Source of the DNA: Thermoanaerobaculia bacterium
GTDB lineage: Bacteria; Acidobacteriota; Thermoanaerobaculia; Multivoradales; UBA5704
Length of the DNA stretch: 64,000 nucleotides
Assembly: GCA_044226625.1 (NCBI GenBank)
Contig: JBGAGQ010000020.1
Location: 1-64,000, forward strand
Direction: 5' to 3'
How positions within the stretch are numbered: position 1 is the first letter of the stretch; each line of letters opens with the position of its first letter. A program made the translations under genes and the position numbers. Positions 19,269 to 28,864 of the stretch are shown here, in pieces. The notes below the pieces were generated by a model, which saw nothing but the letters and a program-made list of their open reading frames with translations, was not told the origin of the DNA and searched no databases.

Positions 19269-20651
19269 ATGGCCGACCCTGGATCGAACCGCCCGGAACG
19301 AGCTTTTCCCGTCCATCTGCCGTTCGCAGAAAGCCCTTGGCTCGAGGCGGAGATCGCCGCCCGCCCCGACCTTTCGGACGACGACCGACATCTTCTCCGC
19401 TCTTACCACCGCGACGGCCTGATCCGGCTCGATCGGGTCGTGCCCGACGAGCTCATCGACCGCATCCGAGACGAGGTCTCGGGCTTGTTCAATCCCGAGG
19501 TTCGCGAGGGCCCGGCAAGCTTCTACCGCCGGCAGGATGCCTGGGAGGTCTCGCCGGCGGCACGGGAGTTGGCCCTCCTCGACCGCCTGCTCCAGGCGTT
19601 GGAGCTGCTTTACGGGCGAAAGCCCGTGCCGTTCCAAACGCTCAACTTCCTCTACGGCTCGCAGCAGGCCGACCACTCGGACGCGATCCTCTTCAATACC
19701 CTGCCGCCCCGCTTCATGTGCGGCGTCTGGGTGGCGCTCGAAGACGTGACCGAGGAGAACGGCCCCCTGTTCTATTACCCCGGCTCGCATCGCTTGCCCC
19801 AGCTCTATCCGGAGGATTTCGACCTCGGCCGAAAGACCCCCGACGAGCTTTTCAACACGCGCTACTGCGAATACCTCACCGCTCTGATGGCTTCCCACGG
19901 CCTGACGCGCCAAACCTTCCTCGCGAAAAAAGGCGACGCGATCGTCTGGGCTTCGAACGTCGTCCACGGCGGCATGCCACGGACCAATCCGGCGCGTACA
20001 CGCTGGTCGCAGGTCACCCACTATTTCTTCGCCGACTGCGTCTGCTACGTCCCGCTCTATTCCGAGCCCGTGGCGGGCGAGTACTTCCTGCGCGAGGTGC
20101 GCGACTTCCGCGGCGAGGGCCTGGTGGACCAGACCTACAACGGCCATCCCTTTGCCGCCGTCCCGGCCCGCGCGGGCCGGTCGATGCTGCGGTTCGAGCA
20201 CGGTCCGACTCCCGCAACCCCGTTTTCGACCAGCGGCCGGGCCACCGTGCTCGACCCGGGTGATCCGATCGCCCATCTGGTCCGCATGGGAACGCCCGCC
20301 CCCGATTCCCGCTGTTTTCTCGACGATTGGCGCGATCACGAGGACGGCCTCCTGCTCGCCGGCTGGGCGACCTCCGACGAAAATCCGACGAGGAAGGACG
20401 ATGAGATCCGCCTCGTCGTGTCGACCGCCAACCGGGACGCCGAGCGGGTCTACCTGATCGCCGCCGAACGCATGGAGCGTCCGGACGTCGCCGCCGCCTT
20501 CGGCGCCGCTCATCTCCATTCCGGTTTCCGCGCAGGGCTAGACAAGGAGGACCTGCCCCCCGGCCGCTACGAGGTCGCCCTCCTCGTCACCGGCCCGGAA
20601 CGCGCACCGCGTCTGGTGCCGCTCGGCAGGAGCGCGAACGTCGGAGCTTGA
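19269..20651 (+). CDS. PhyH-family Fe(II)/2-oxoglutarate dioxygenase with extra C-terminal beta-sandwich domain
   Basis: HSD iron ligands, WVALEDV..NGPLFYYPGSH, distal HGG; GGAGG RBS before ATG 19269. Confidence 0.85.
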   Translation: MADPGSNRPERAFPVHLPFAESPWLEAEIAARPDLSDDDRHLLRSYHRDGLIRLDRVVPDELIDRIRDEVSGLFNPEVREGPASFYRRQDAWEVSPAARELALLDRLLQALELLYGRKPVPFQTLNFLYGSQQADHSDAILFNTLPPRFMCGVWVALEDVTEENGPLFYYPGSHRLPQLYPEDFDLGRKTPDELFNTRYCEYLTALMASHGLTRQTFLAKKGDAIVWASNVVHGGMPRTNPARTRWSQVTHYFFADCVCYVPLYSEPVAGEYFLREVRDFRGEGLVDQTYNGHPFAAVPARAGRSMLRFEHGPTPATPFSTSGRATVLDPGDPIAHLVRMGTPAPDSRCFLDDWRDHEDGLLLAGWATSDENPTRKDDEIRLVVSTANRDAERVYLIAAERMERPDVAAAFGAAHLHSGFRAGLDKEDLPPGRYEVALLVTGPERAPRLVPLGRSANVGA

Positions 20652-20736
20652 ACGTCCCGAGCGAACGGAGGGAGAGGCGCCGTCTCATTCTCGGCTGGAC
20701 GCGGCACCTTCGAGCGTATAAGGTCCGCCGCTCGTC

Positions 20737-23295
20737 ATGATCCGTCGACAGATCGCCTGCTCCATCCATAAGTTCGGCGGCGCCGCGCTCGCCGACGCGG
20801 GCTCGATCGAGCGCGCCGCGCAGATCTTCCGCGCCGAGGGGGGACCCAAGGTCGCGGTGGTCTCGGCGATGGCGGGCGTCACCGACGCGCTGCTCGAGGT
20901 CGGCGCCCGCGCGCTCGCCGGCGACGAGATCGAGGCGCTCGCGATCGTCGGGCGCCTGCTTTCCCGCCACCTCGAAACCGCCGAGGCGCTCGCCCGTTCC
21001 GGGCGCGACCGCGAGTCGCTGCTCGCCGAGATCGAGGCTTCGTTTTCCGAGCTCGGCGCGCTCGCCCGTGGGCTCGCGATCCTGCGCGAGCTGTCGCCGC
21101 GCACGTCCGACGCGATCGTCGCGCGCGGCGAGCTGCTCTCGTCGCGCCTGTTCGCGGCCGCCCTCGCGGCGCGCGGCGAGCGCGCGCGCTGGATCGAGCC
21201 CGGCTCGGTGATCGTCACCGACGGACGATACGGCAACGCCTCTCCCGACCTCGCGGCCACCGATCGCGCCGCGAGAAGGACGCTCCAGCCGCTCCTTTCG
21301 CGTGGCATCTCGCCCGTGGTCCCGGGCTTCCTCGGCGCGAGCCCCGAGGGGAGGCTCGCGACCTTGGGCCGCGGCGGCACCGATCTTTCGGCGACCCTGC
21401 TCGGGCGCGCGCTCACCGCCTCGCGCGTCGTTCTCTGGAAAGACGTGCCCGGCTTGCTCACTGCCGACCCGCGCGTCGTTCCGGCCGCCCGCGTGCTGCC
21501 GAAGCTCGATCTGCGCGAGGCCGCGGAGCTCGCCTACTACGGCGCGAAGATCCTCCACCCGCGGGCGCTGATTCCGCTCCAGACGCCCTCGGGCGCTCCG
21601 GGCGCGGAGCGCGGAGCCCCGCCGTCGGTGCGCTTGATCGTCAAACCGTTCGCCGATCCGGAGTCGCCCGGCACGGAGATCGCGGCGCTCGGCCGACCGA
21701 AGCGATCGCAGCCCGTGCGCGCCCTCTCGGCCGTCCGCGCCCAGGCGCTGGTCACCGTCGCGGGCAGCGGCATGCTCGGCGTGCCCGGCATCGCGGCGCG
21801 CACGTTCGGCGCGCTCCATCACGAGGGGATCTCGGTCTCTCTGATCTCGCAGGCCTCCTCCGAGCATTCGATCTGCTTCTCGGTGCCGCGCGCCGATTCC
21901 GAGCGCGCGCGCGTCGCCCTCACCGAGGCGTTCCGCGACGAGATCGCACGCCGCGAGATCGACGGCGTCGAGGTGCGCGCGGGGGTCGCGACGCTCGCGG
22001 TCGTCGGCCTCGGCATGCCCGGCACGCCGGGCACCGCGGCGCGCACCTTCCGCGCCCTCTCCGAAGCCGAGATCAACGTCGTGGCGATCGCCCAGGGCTC
22101 CTCCGAGCTGAACCTCTCCATGGTGGTGGACGACCGCGACGCCGAGGAATCGCTGCGCCGGATCCACGCCGCGTTCCAGCTCGACAAGATCGGCGGCGGC
22201 CATGCCCACGCGCGTCCGAACGCCGTTCCTTCCGACGTCGTGCTGCTCGGATTCGGCGCGGTCGGCCGCGAGCTCGCCCGGTTGATCTCGAAGCTCAAGG
22301 AGGCGCCCGTCCGGCCGGTCGCGGTGATCGACCGCTCGGGGTACGTCTTCCGGCCGCAAGGGATCGGCAGCGCCGCGCTTCGCCGCCTGATCGAGGTGAA
22401 AGAGGCGGGTGGCGCCCTCGCCGAAGCGCCTGGAGGAAAGGCCGCGTCCCCCGCGAAGGCACTCGAGGAGATCCGCCGCCACGCCCTCGCGCGGCCGATC
22501 CTCGCCGACCTGACGGCCGACGAGACCACGCCTCTCCTCTCCGCCGCGCTCGAAGCGGGGATGCGGCTCGCGCTCGCCAACAAGCGCCCGCTCTCCGGTC
22601 CTCGCAGGGAGGCGGCGGAGTTGCTCGGCCTCGCCCGCGCGCTCGGCCGCGACCTCCGGTTCGAAGCCACCGTGGGCGCAGGGCTACCGGTGATGGACAC
22701 CTACCGCAAGCTGCTCGAATCGGGCGACCGGATCGAGCGCATCGAGGGGTGTTTCTCCGGCACGCTCGGCTTCCTGCTCACGGAGGTGTCGCGCGGCCGG
22801 CGCTTCTCCGAGGCGCTCCGCGCGGCGATGGCCGCCGGCTACACCGAGCCCGACCCGCGCGACGACCTGTCCGGCATGGACGTCGCGCGCAAGGCGTTGA
22901 TCCTCGGCCGCCTGCTCGGCTTCGACGGCGAGATCGGCGACGTCGCGGTCGAGCCGCTCGTCCCCGCCTGGGCGCGCGAGATCCCGCGCGAGGAGTTTCT
23001 CGCCCGGATCGAAGAGCTGGACGCGCCCTGGAGAAAGCGGGTCGAGGAGGCGCGCGCCCAGGGCGCGGCGCTCCGCTACGTCGCCTCGGTCTCCCGCCGG
23101 AAGCTCGAAGTGACGCTCGCCGCGGCGCCGGAGGGATCGCCGTTCGCCGCCCTCGCGGGCACCGCGAACCAGGTGGTGTTCACGACCGCGCGCTACAAGG
23201 CGAACCCGCTCGTCATCACGGGTCCGGGCGCGGGGCTCGGCGTCACCGCGGCCGGCGTGCTGAACGACCTCTACGAGCTGGCGGGCGAGCCTTGA
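20737..23295 (+). CDS. thrA: Bifunctional aspartokinase/homoserine dehydrogenase
   Basis: KFGG, VVSAM, TLGRGGTD, two ACT domains, GFGAVG, EATVGAGLP, GYTEPDPRDDLSGMDVARK. Confidence 0.95.
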   Translation: MIRRQIACSIHKFGGAALADAGSIERAAQIFRAEGGPKVAVVSAMAGVTDALLEVGARALAGDEIEALAIVGRLLSRHLETAEALARSGRDRESLLAEIEASFSELGALARGLAILRELSPRTSDAIVARGELLSSRLFAAALAARGERARWIEPGSVIVTDGRYGNASPDLAATDRAARRTLQPLLSRGISPVVPGFLGASPEGRLATLGRGGTDLSATLLGRALTASRVVLWKDVPGLLTADPRVVPAARVLPKLDLREAAELAYYGAKILHPRALIPLQTPSGAPGAERGAPPSVRLIVKPFADPESPGTEIAALGRPKRSQPVRALSAVRAQALVTVAGSGMLGVPGIAARTFGALHHEGISVSLISQASSEHSICFSVPRADSERARVALTEAFRDEIARREIDGVEVRAGVATLAVVGLGMPGTPGTAARTFRALSEAEINVVAIAQGSSELNLSMVVDDRDAEESLRRIHAAFQLDKIGGGHAHARPNAVPSDVVLLGFGAVGRELARLISKLKEAPVRPVAVIDRSGYVFRPQGIGSAALRRLIEVKEAGGALAEAPGGKAASPAKALEEIRRHALARPILADLTADETTPLLSAALEAGMRLALANKRPLSGPRREAAELLGLARALGRDLRFEATVGAGLPVMDTYRKLLESGDRIERIEGCFSGTLGFLLTEVSRGRRFSEALRAAMAAGYTEPDPRDDLSGMDVARKALILGRLLGFDGEIGDVAVEPLVPAWAREIPREEFLARIEELDAPWRKRVEEARAQGAALRYVASVSRRKLEVTLAAAPEGSPFAALAGTANQVVFTTARYKANPLVITGPGAGLGVTAAGVLNDLYELAGEP

Positions 23296-24245
23296 GCGGA
23301 CCTCCGCGGGAGGTAGCCCGCGTCTTCGCGCCCGGCTCGATCGGCAACCTCGGCCCCGCGTTCGACAGCCTGGGTCTCGCGGTCGCCGGCCTCGGCGACA
23401 CGGTGACCGCCCGGTGCATTGACGGCGGCCCCGGTTCGCCGAAGGTGGAGCAGGTACGCATCGATTCGGCCGGGCACCCGGATTTGCCGCTCGACCCGGA
23501 TCTCAACTCGGCCGGCATCGCCGCGCGGGACGTTCTGCGTCGCGCCGGATCGCGGATCGCCATTGCGCTCTCGATCGAGAAAGGGCTGCCGCTTTCGGCG
23601 GGGCTGGGCGGTAGCGCCGCCTCCGCGGTCGCCGCGGCCAAGGCGGTCCACCTCCTGCTCGGCGGGCCGCTCCAGATTGACGACCTGCTCGCCGCGAGCC
23701 TCGCGGGCGAGGCTGCCGTGGCCGGCTGCCATCTCGACAACGTGGCTCCTTCGCTGCTCGGCGGCGCGGTCCTGGTCCGCTCGATCGAGCCGATCGACGC
23801 GATCCGCCTGCCGGTTCCGCCAAGCCTGCTCGTCGTGCTCGCGACCCCCGACGCGGTGATGCGCACCGCCGAGGCGCGGCGGGTCCTGCCGCGCGACATC
23901 CCGCGCGCGATCGCCATTCATCAGCTCGCTCACGCGGCCGCGCTCGTCGCGGGCCTGTGCACCGGCGACCTCGAGCTCGTCGGGCGCGCGATCGACGACC
24001 GGATCGCCGAGCCGGTCCGCGCCCCGCTGCTCGCCGGTTTCGCCGAGGCGAAGGCGGCGGCCCTTTCCGAGGGCGCGCTCGGCGCCTCGATCTCCGGTTC
24101 CGGACCGACGATGTTCGCCCTGGCCGGCGAGCGCGAGACCGCGGCGCGCATCGCCCGAGCCGTCGAGGCGGCGTATGCCGGGCGCGGCATCGGCTGCACG
24201 GCGCGCGTCGCCGAGGTCGACCGGCTCGGCGCCCGCGAGATCTAG
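23292..24245 (+). CDS. thrB: Homoserine kinase
   Basis: APGSIGNLGPAFDSLGLA, PLSAGLGGSAAS, HLDNVAP, ISGSGPT. TTG start overlaps the thrA TGA; the ORF-track extension to 22749 is spurious. Confidence 0.93.
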   Translation: MSGPPREVARVFAPGSIGNLGPAFDSLGLAVAGLGDTVTARCIDGGPGSPKVEQVRIDSAGHPDLPLDPDLNSAGIAARDVLRRAGSRIAIALSIEKGLPLSAGLGGSAASAVAAAKAVHLLLGGPLQIDDLLAASLAGEAAVAGCHLDNVAPSLLGGAVLVRSIEPIDAIRLPVPPSLLVVLATPDAVMRTAEARRVLPRDIPRAIAIHQLAHAAALVAGLCTGDLELVGRAIDDRIAEPVRAPLLAGFAEAKAAALSEGALGASISGSGPTMFALAGERETAARIARAVEAAYAGRGIGCTARVAEVDRLGAREI

Positions 24246-24273
24246 TGACTTGCTCCTTTTCGAGGGAGGACGG

Positions 24274-25563
24274 ATGACCTTCGCCCCGGGATCCACGACC
24301 CTACAAATCTGCGCCGCCTGCGGCACCGAGCTCGGCGCGCTCGATCCGCGGTCTCGATGCGACTGCGGCGGCCTGCTCGAGGTCCGGCAGCCCGCGCCCG
24401 CGCTTCGCGGCGCCGCGCTGCGCCGACTGTTTTCCGAGCGCCGCGCCGCGGGCCGCGGCATCGAGACCTCGGGGGTCTGGCGCTACCGCGAGCTGGTGGC
24501 CGCCGGAGCCGGCGACGAGGAGATCGTCTCCCATCCGGAGGGGAACACCCCTCTCCTCGCGCGCCGCTCGGTCTCGCGCTTCGCGGGCGTCGCCGATCTC
24601 TCGATGAAGCACGAGGGGCACAACCCGACCGGATCGTTCAAGGACCGCGGGATGACCGCGGGAGTGACCCAGGCGCGGCGGGTCCGCGCGACGGCGGTCG
24701 CCTGCGCGTCGACCGGCAACACCTCGGCGGCGCTCGCTTCCTACGCCGCGCACGCGGGCGTGCCCGCGCTGGTCGTCGTTCCGGCCGGTCAGATCGCCCT
24801 GGGCAAGCTCGCGCAGTCGCTCGCTTACGGCGCGAAGACCCTTCTGGTACGAGGCGATTTCGACGACTGCCTGCGGCTGATCGAACAGGCGAGCCGGGAG
24901 CTCGACGTCTACCTGCTCAACTCGATCAACCCGTTCCGTCTCGAAGGGCAGAAGACCATCGTGCTCGAAATGCTCGAGCAGCTCGATTGGCAGATTCCCG
25001 ACTGGATCGCGCTCCCCGCCGGCAACCTGGGCAACACCTCGGCGTTCGGCAAGGCGCTGGTCGAGGCGCGTGAGCTGGGCTTGATCGACCGCCTGCCCCG
25101 CCTCGCCGCGATCCAGGCGTCGGGCGCCTCGCCGTTCGCTCAAGGGTTCGCCGAGGGATTCCGCGTGCGGCGAACGATGAAAGCGGACACCGTCGCCACC
25201 GCCATCAAGATCGGCGACCCCGCCTCGTGGGACCGCGCCGCGCGCGCGATCCGCGACACGAACGGCGTCTCGATCGCCGTCACCGATGCCGAGATCCTCG
25301 AAGCGAAAGCCGCGATCGACGCCTCCGGGGTCGGCTGCGAGCCGGCGAGCGCGGCGAGCGTCGCCGGGGTGAAAAAGCTGGTCGCCGAGGGGACCATCCG
25401 GCCCGACGAAAAAGTCGTCGCGGTGCTCACCGGTCACGTCCTCAAGGACCCCGGCATCCTGATCAGCTACCACCGCGAGATGGACCCGCCCCCACCGGGA
25501 GCGAACCGCCCGATCGAGATCGACGTCGACCTCAAGGCGGTGGAGCGGGCGCTTCGCGCCTAG
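24274..25563 (+). CDS. thrC: Threonine synthase (PLP, fold type II) with N-terminal Cys4 motif
   Basis: EGNTPL, NPTGSFKDRG, CASTGNT, PAGNLGN, LTGHVLKD; GGAGG RBS before ATG 24274. Confidence 0.94.
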   Translation: MTFAPGSTTLQICAACGTELGALDPRSRCDCGGLLEVRQPAPALRGAALRRLFSERRAAGRGIETSGVWRYRELVAAGAGDEEIVSHPEGNTPLLARRSVSRFAGVADLSMKHEGHNPTGSFKDRGMTAGVTQARRVRATAVACASTGNTSAALASYAAHAGVPALVVVPAGQIALGKLAQSLAYGAKTLLVRGDFDDCLRLIEQASRELDVYLLNSINPFRLEGQKTIVLEMLEQLDWQIPDWIALPAGNLGNTSAFGKALVEARELGLIDRLPRLAAIQASGASPFAQGFAEGFRVRRTMKADTVATAIKIGDPASWDRAARAIRDTNGVSIAVTDAEILEAKAAIDASGVGCEPASAASVAGVKKLVAEGTIRPDEKVVAVLTGHVLKDPGILISYHREMDPPPPGANRPIEIDVDLKAVERALRA

Positions 25564-25573
25564 CGCTTCGAGT

Positions 25574-27088
25574 CTAGCCTTCCGGCGCGTAGTACACGGT
25601 GAAGATCGCCCGGCGCGGGCGGTCCGGCGAGCTGTTCTCGAACGCCGCGGTGAAGGCCGTCCCGGCGGGTCCCCGCCGGATCCCCGGATCGAGCGGGAAC
25701 CGGCAAGCGCCCACGGGGCAGTCGGCGCCGGCGCGGCAATCGCGCGAGGCGCCTCCCTCCTCGACCTCGTAGCGATAGCCGGTGAAGCGCGCTTCCGGCG
25801 GCAGGACGATTCGCAGCAGACGGCAGCTCCCCTGCAACCCTGCTTCGGCCTTGGCCGAATCGCGCTCGCGAAGACGGGCCTCGAGCCCGTCGCCGCACGG
25901 CGCACTCCCCGCGGGGACCTCGACCTCGACCGACAGCGCTTCCTCACCGGCCTTACATTCGAGGCAATTGCGGCTCGAGTAGGCGCGGCGCTGGAGCTTC
26001 GGCTCCGGGAGAGCCGCTACCGGCGCGGGCACCGCCGGAGCCGGAGCCGAAGCGGCCGGTGTCGGACTCGTGGGAGGCTGCGTCGGGGTGGGAGCCGCTG
26101 CGGGCGTGGGCGAAGGTTTCGGCGTCGCGGCGGGTGGGACGCTCGGGGCCGGCGTGCTCGGCAGGGGCGGCACCGATTGGGGAGCGGATGCCGGGGGAGG
26201 GGCCGTGGGGGCCGGAGCGGACGGGCTTGCCGGCGGTGAGGCCTGGACCGGAGCAGCGACCGACGGCGGCGGCGGGGTCGGTCGAGACGCGGAGGTCGGA
26301 GACGCCGCGGCGGCCGGCGGAGTAACGGCGGACGGCGGCGAGGGCGGCAACGCCGGAGGGACGGTCGAAACGGGTGCCGAGGCGGGCGCTGTATCGGGTT
26401 GCGCCGACGGGGCCGCAGTGGGCGCAGGCGGAGCGGCCGACGCCGGAGGTGTAGCCGCGGCGAGCGGGGCGGCTGCAGGTGGGGCGGCCGACGGTGCGGC
26501 GGGCTTCTCCACGGGTGCCGGTGCCGCGGTCGGAGCCGGGGTGGGCGCGGTGGACGGAACGGCCGGCGCCGGCATAGGCGCCTTCGCCTCGGACGGCGCC
26601 GCGGGTGCTGCCGGTTCCGCTGGCGCGGCGGGCGCTGGCTTTCCTACCTTCGGCCCGCTGGCGGGATCTCCGGCCGCACGGCCGGCGCGCGGACGACCGA
26701 TCGCTACGCGTAGCGTTTGAGTCCCGCCAGGGGTGTTCTCTTGGAAGGTCGAGAGGACCGCCGGCTTCTTTTCGCCGGACAGGACGAACTCGGCATGGAT
26801 CGTGAGCGCGCCGTCCTTCTTTACCTCGAGCGCCCACCACCCCTCGGCGAGGGTGAAGAAATACGCCTCGCCCTGGTCGTCCGTGGACGCGATCGCCGGC
26901 CCTGTCTTCGGCTCGACCGCCTGATAGAGCAGGCGGACTTTCGCGCCCTCGACCGCTTTGCCTCCGGAGTCTTCGACCCGCACTTCCAGAGACGACGGTC
27001 CGCGCCAGACCTCCGCTGCGGCGACCGGCCGAGCGAGCCCCACCGCGAAGGCGAACGAGATCACGAACGAGAGAGCTTTGCCGCGCAT
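25574..27088 (-). CDS. Secreted protein: carboxypeptidase-regulatory-like domain, long Pro/Ala linker, Cys-rich C-terminal domain
   Basis: Signal peptide MRGKALSFVISFAFAVGLARPVAAA; VRVEDSGGKAVEGAKV..TDDQG..GWWALEV pattern; six Cys in the C-terminal domain. Confidence 0.75.
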   Translation of the reverse strand: MRGKALSFVISFAFAVGLARPVAAAEVWRGPSSLEVRVEDSGGKAVEGAKVRLLYQAVEPKTGPAIASTDDQGEAYFFTLAEGWWALEVKKDGALTIHAEFVLSGEKKPAVLSTFQENTPGGTQTLRVAIGRPRAGRAAGDPASGPKVGKPAPAAPAEPAAPAAPSEAKAPMPAPAVPSTAPTPAPTAAPAPVEKPAAPSAAPPAAAPLAAATPPASAAPPAPTAAPSAQPDTAPASAPVSTVPPALPPSPPSAVTPPAAAASPTSASRPTPPPPSVAAPVQASPPASPSAPAPTAPPPASAPQSVPPLPSTPAPSVPPAATPKPSPTPAAAPTPTQPPTSPTPAASAPAPAVPAPVAALPEPKLQRRAYSSRNCLECKAGEEALSVEVEVPAGSAPCGDGLEARLRERDSAKAEAGLQGSCRLLRIVLPPEARFTGYRYEVEEGGASRDCRAGADCPVGACRFPLDPGIRRGPAGTAFTAAFENSSPDRPRRAIFTVYYAPEG

Positions 27089-27207
27089 CCCAGGACCTCC
27101 CACCAATCCGTCGATCGGATGAAACTCTATTCTAGCCGCCCGCCTCCTCCATCTTCCGATCTACTCCATCCCCGCATCACTTCACTCGGCCATGATACAA
27201 ACCGGCC

Positions 27208-28803
27208 ATGGCCGGCTTGCTCCGCACCCTGTACGAGAAGCTCCTCGCCGACCCCCTCGGGTTCGCCGCTCCGGCGGAAAAACCGCCGCGGGTCTCCGCC
27301 TCGGTCGTCCCCTGGAGGATCGGCGACGGCGGTGAGGTCGAGGTTTATTGGGTGCGCCGTTCCCCTTCGCTCGCGTTCATGGGAGGGTGGCACGCGTTTC
27401 CGGGAGGCGGCCTCGCCAAAGAGGACGCGACGCTTCCGATCCACGGCCTCCCCCGCGGCATGGCCGAGGGCTCGACCGTCGCGTTGCCGCCCGAGGCGCT
27501 GCGGCTGGGCGATACCGCGCCGGATCTGATCCCCGGCCTCGCCGCCTGCGCGCTGCGCGAGCTGTTCGAAGAGGTCGGCCTGCTCGTCGCGTACGGCCTG
27601 CCGGCGGGGTTCGATCTCGAGGCCGCCCATCGCGCGCAGCTTTCCGACGCCGCGCAGCTCGGTCTCCAGCTCTCCGAGGTCGACGCGCTGCTCGACGCCA
27701 CGAGGTTGGTCTTCGCCGGCCGATGGCTCACGCCGCCGTTTGCGCCGTTGCGCTTCGACAACCGGTTCTTCCTCCTCAAATGGCCGGCTTCCGAGGTCCA
27801 TCAACCCACGGTGATCCCCGGCGAGCTGGCGGGAGGGGAATGGATCTCCGCCCGGCAGGCCTACGAGAGGTTCCTCGCCGCCGAGGTGCTCGCCGCGCCG
27901 CCGATCCTCCACCTGCTCAAGGTTCTCGCCGAAGATGGGCCCGATCGCGGGCTGCCGCGCCTGCTCGTCCCGTCCGAGGCGGACTGGGGGCCGATGCGAA
28001 AGATCGAGATGCGCACCGGCATCGCCATGCTGCCGGTCCGCACCCGCACGCTCCCCCCAGCGGCGACCACGAACGCCTACCTCCTCGGCCGCGGTGAGGC
28101 CGTGCTGGTCGATCCGGGCTCCGACCTCCCCGACGAGATCGATCGCCTCCACGCCGCTCTTGGTGCGGCCAACGCGCAGGACGGGCGGCGGGTGGTCGAG
28201 ATCTGGCTCACCCACCATCACCCCGACCACGTGGCCGGAGCGCTCGAGATGCAGCGTCGGCTCGGCGTGCCGATCGCCGCGCACCGCGAGACCGCCGAGC
28301 GTCTTTCTGGACGCCTCGCGATCGATCGCCTGCTCGAGGACGGCCAGCGGATCGAGCTCGCCGGAGACGGCGGGGCGATGACCTTCCAGGTCCTGCACAC
28401 GCCGGGGCACGCGCGCGGCCACCTCTGCTTCTTCGAGGAGGAGCAGGGCTCTCTGATCTGCGGCGATCTCGCCGCGGGGATCGGCACGATCGTCATCGAT
28501 CCGCCGGAAGGGGACATGGGGGACTATCTCGCCTCGCTCGATCGGATGATCGAGCTGCCGCCGCGAACCCTCTTCCCCGCCCACGGCCCGGCGATCGAGG
28601 ACGCCCAGGGAAAGCTCCGGGAGTACGTCGCCCATCGCCTGCGCCGCGAGGAGAAGGTGCTCGCGGCCTGGGAGTCGGGTCTCCGCACTCCGAGCGAGAT
28701 GGTCGCGACGGTCTACGACGACGCGCCGGACGCCGCGCGCCTGCTCGCCGAGCGCCAGATCGAGGCCCACCTCGCTCGCCTGCGGGCGCTCGGGCGGGTC
28801 TAG
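27208..28803 (+). CDS. NUDIX hydrolase fused to LACTB2-like metallo-beta-lactamase-fold hydrolase
   Basis: FPGG...ALRELFEEVG Nudix box with insertion; THHHPDH, HTPGHARGH, GD and PAHG MBL motifs. Confidence 0.88.
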   Translation: MAGLLRTLYEKLLADPLGFAAPAEKPPRVSASVVPWRIGDGGEVEVYWVRRSPSLAFMGGWHAFPGGGLAKEDATLPIHGLPRGMAEGSTVALPPEALRLGDTAPDLIPGLAACALRELFEEVGLLVAYGLPAGFDLEAAHRAQLSDAAQLGLQLSEVDALLDATRLVFAGRWLTPPFAPLRFDNRFFLLKWPASEVHQPTVIPGELAGGEWISARQAYERFLAAEVLAAPPILHLLKVLAEDGPDRGLPRLLVPSEADWGPMRKIEMRTGIAMLPVRTRTLPPAATTNAYLLGRGEAVLVDPGSDLPDEIDRLHAALGAANAQDGRRVVEIWLTHHHPDHVAGALEMQRRLGVPIAAHRETAERLSGRLAIDRLLEDGQRIELAGDGGAMTFQVLHTPGHARGHLCFFEEEQGSLICGDLAAGIGTIVIDPPEGDMGDYLASLDRMIELPPRTLFPAHGPAIEDAQGKLREYVAHRLRREEKVLAAWESGLRTPSEMVATVYDDAPDAARLLAERQIEAHLARLRALGRV

Positions 28804-28864
28804 AGGATCGAGAGGAATCGAGCACCCGTCGCTTCGAGTTGAAGAGGGTAGGAGGGCTCCTCGA

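Noticed and set aside
17739-22482. Long minus-strand ORFs (926 and 631 aa)
   Set aside because: Antisense to well-supported genes (oxidase, PhyH, thrA); no protein-like features.
26000-26700. Repetitive region as a possible CRISPR array or DNA repeat
   Set aside because: No constant repeat-spacer periodicity; it encodes a Pro/Ala low-complexity linker.
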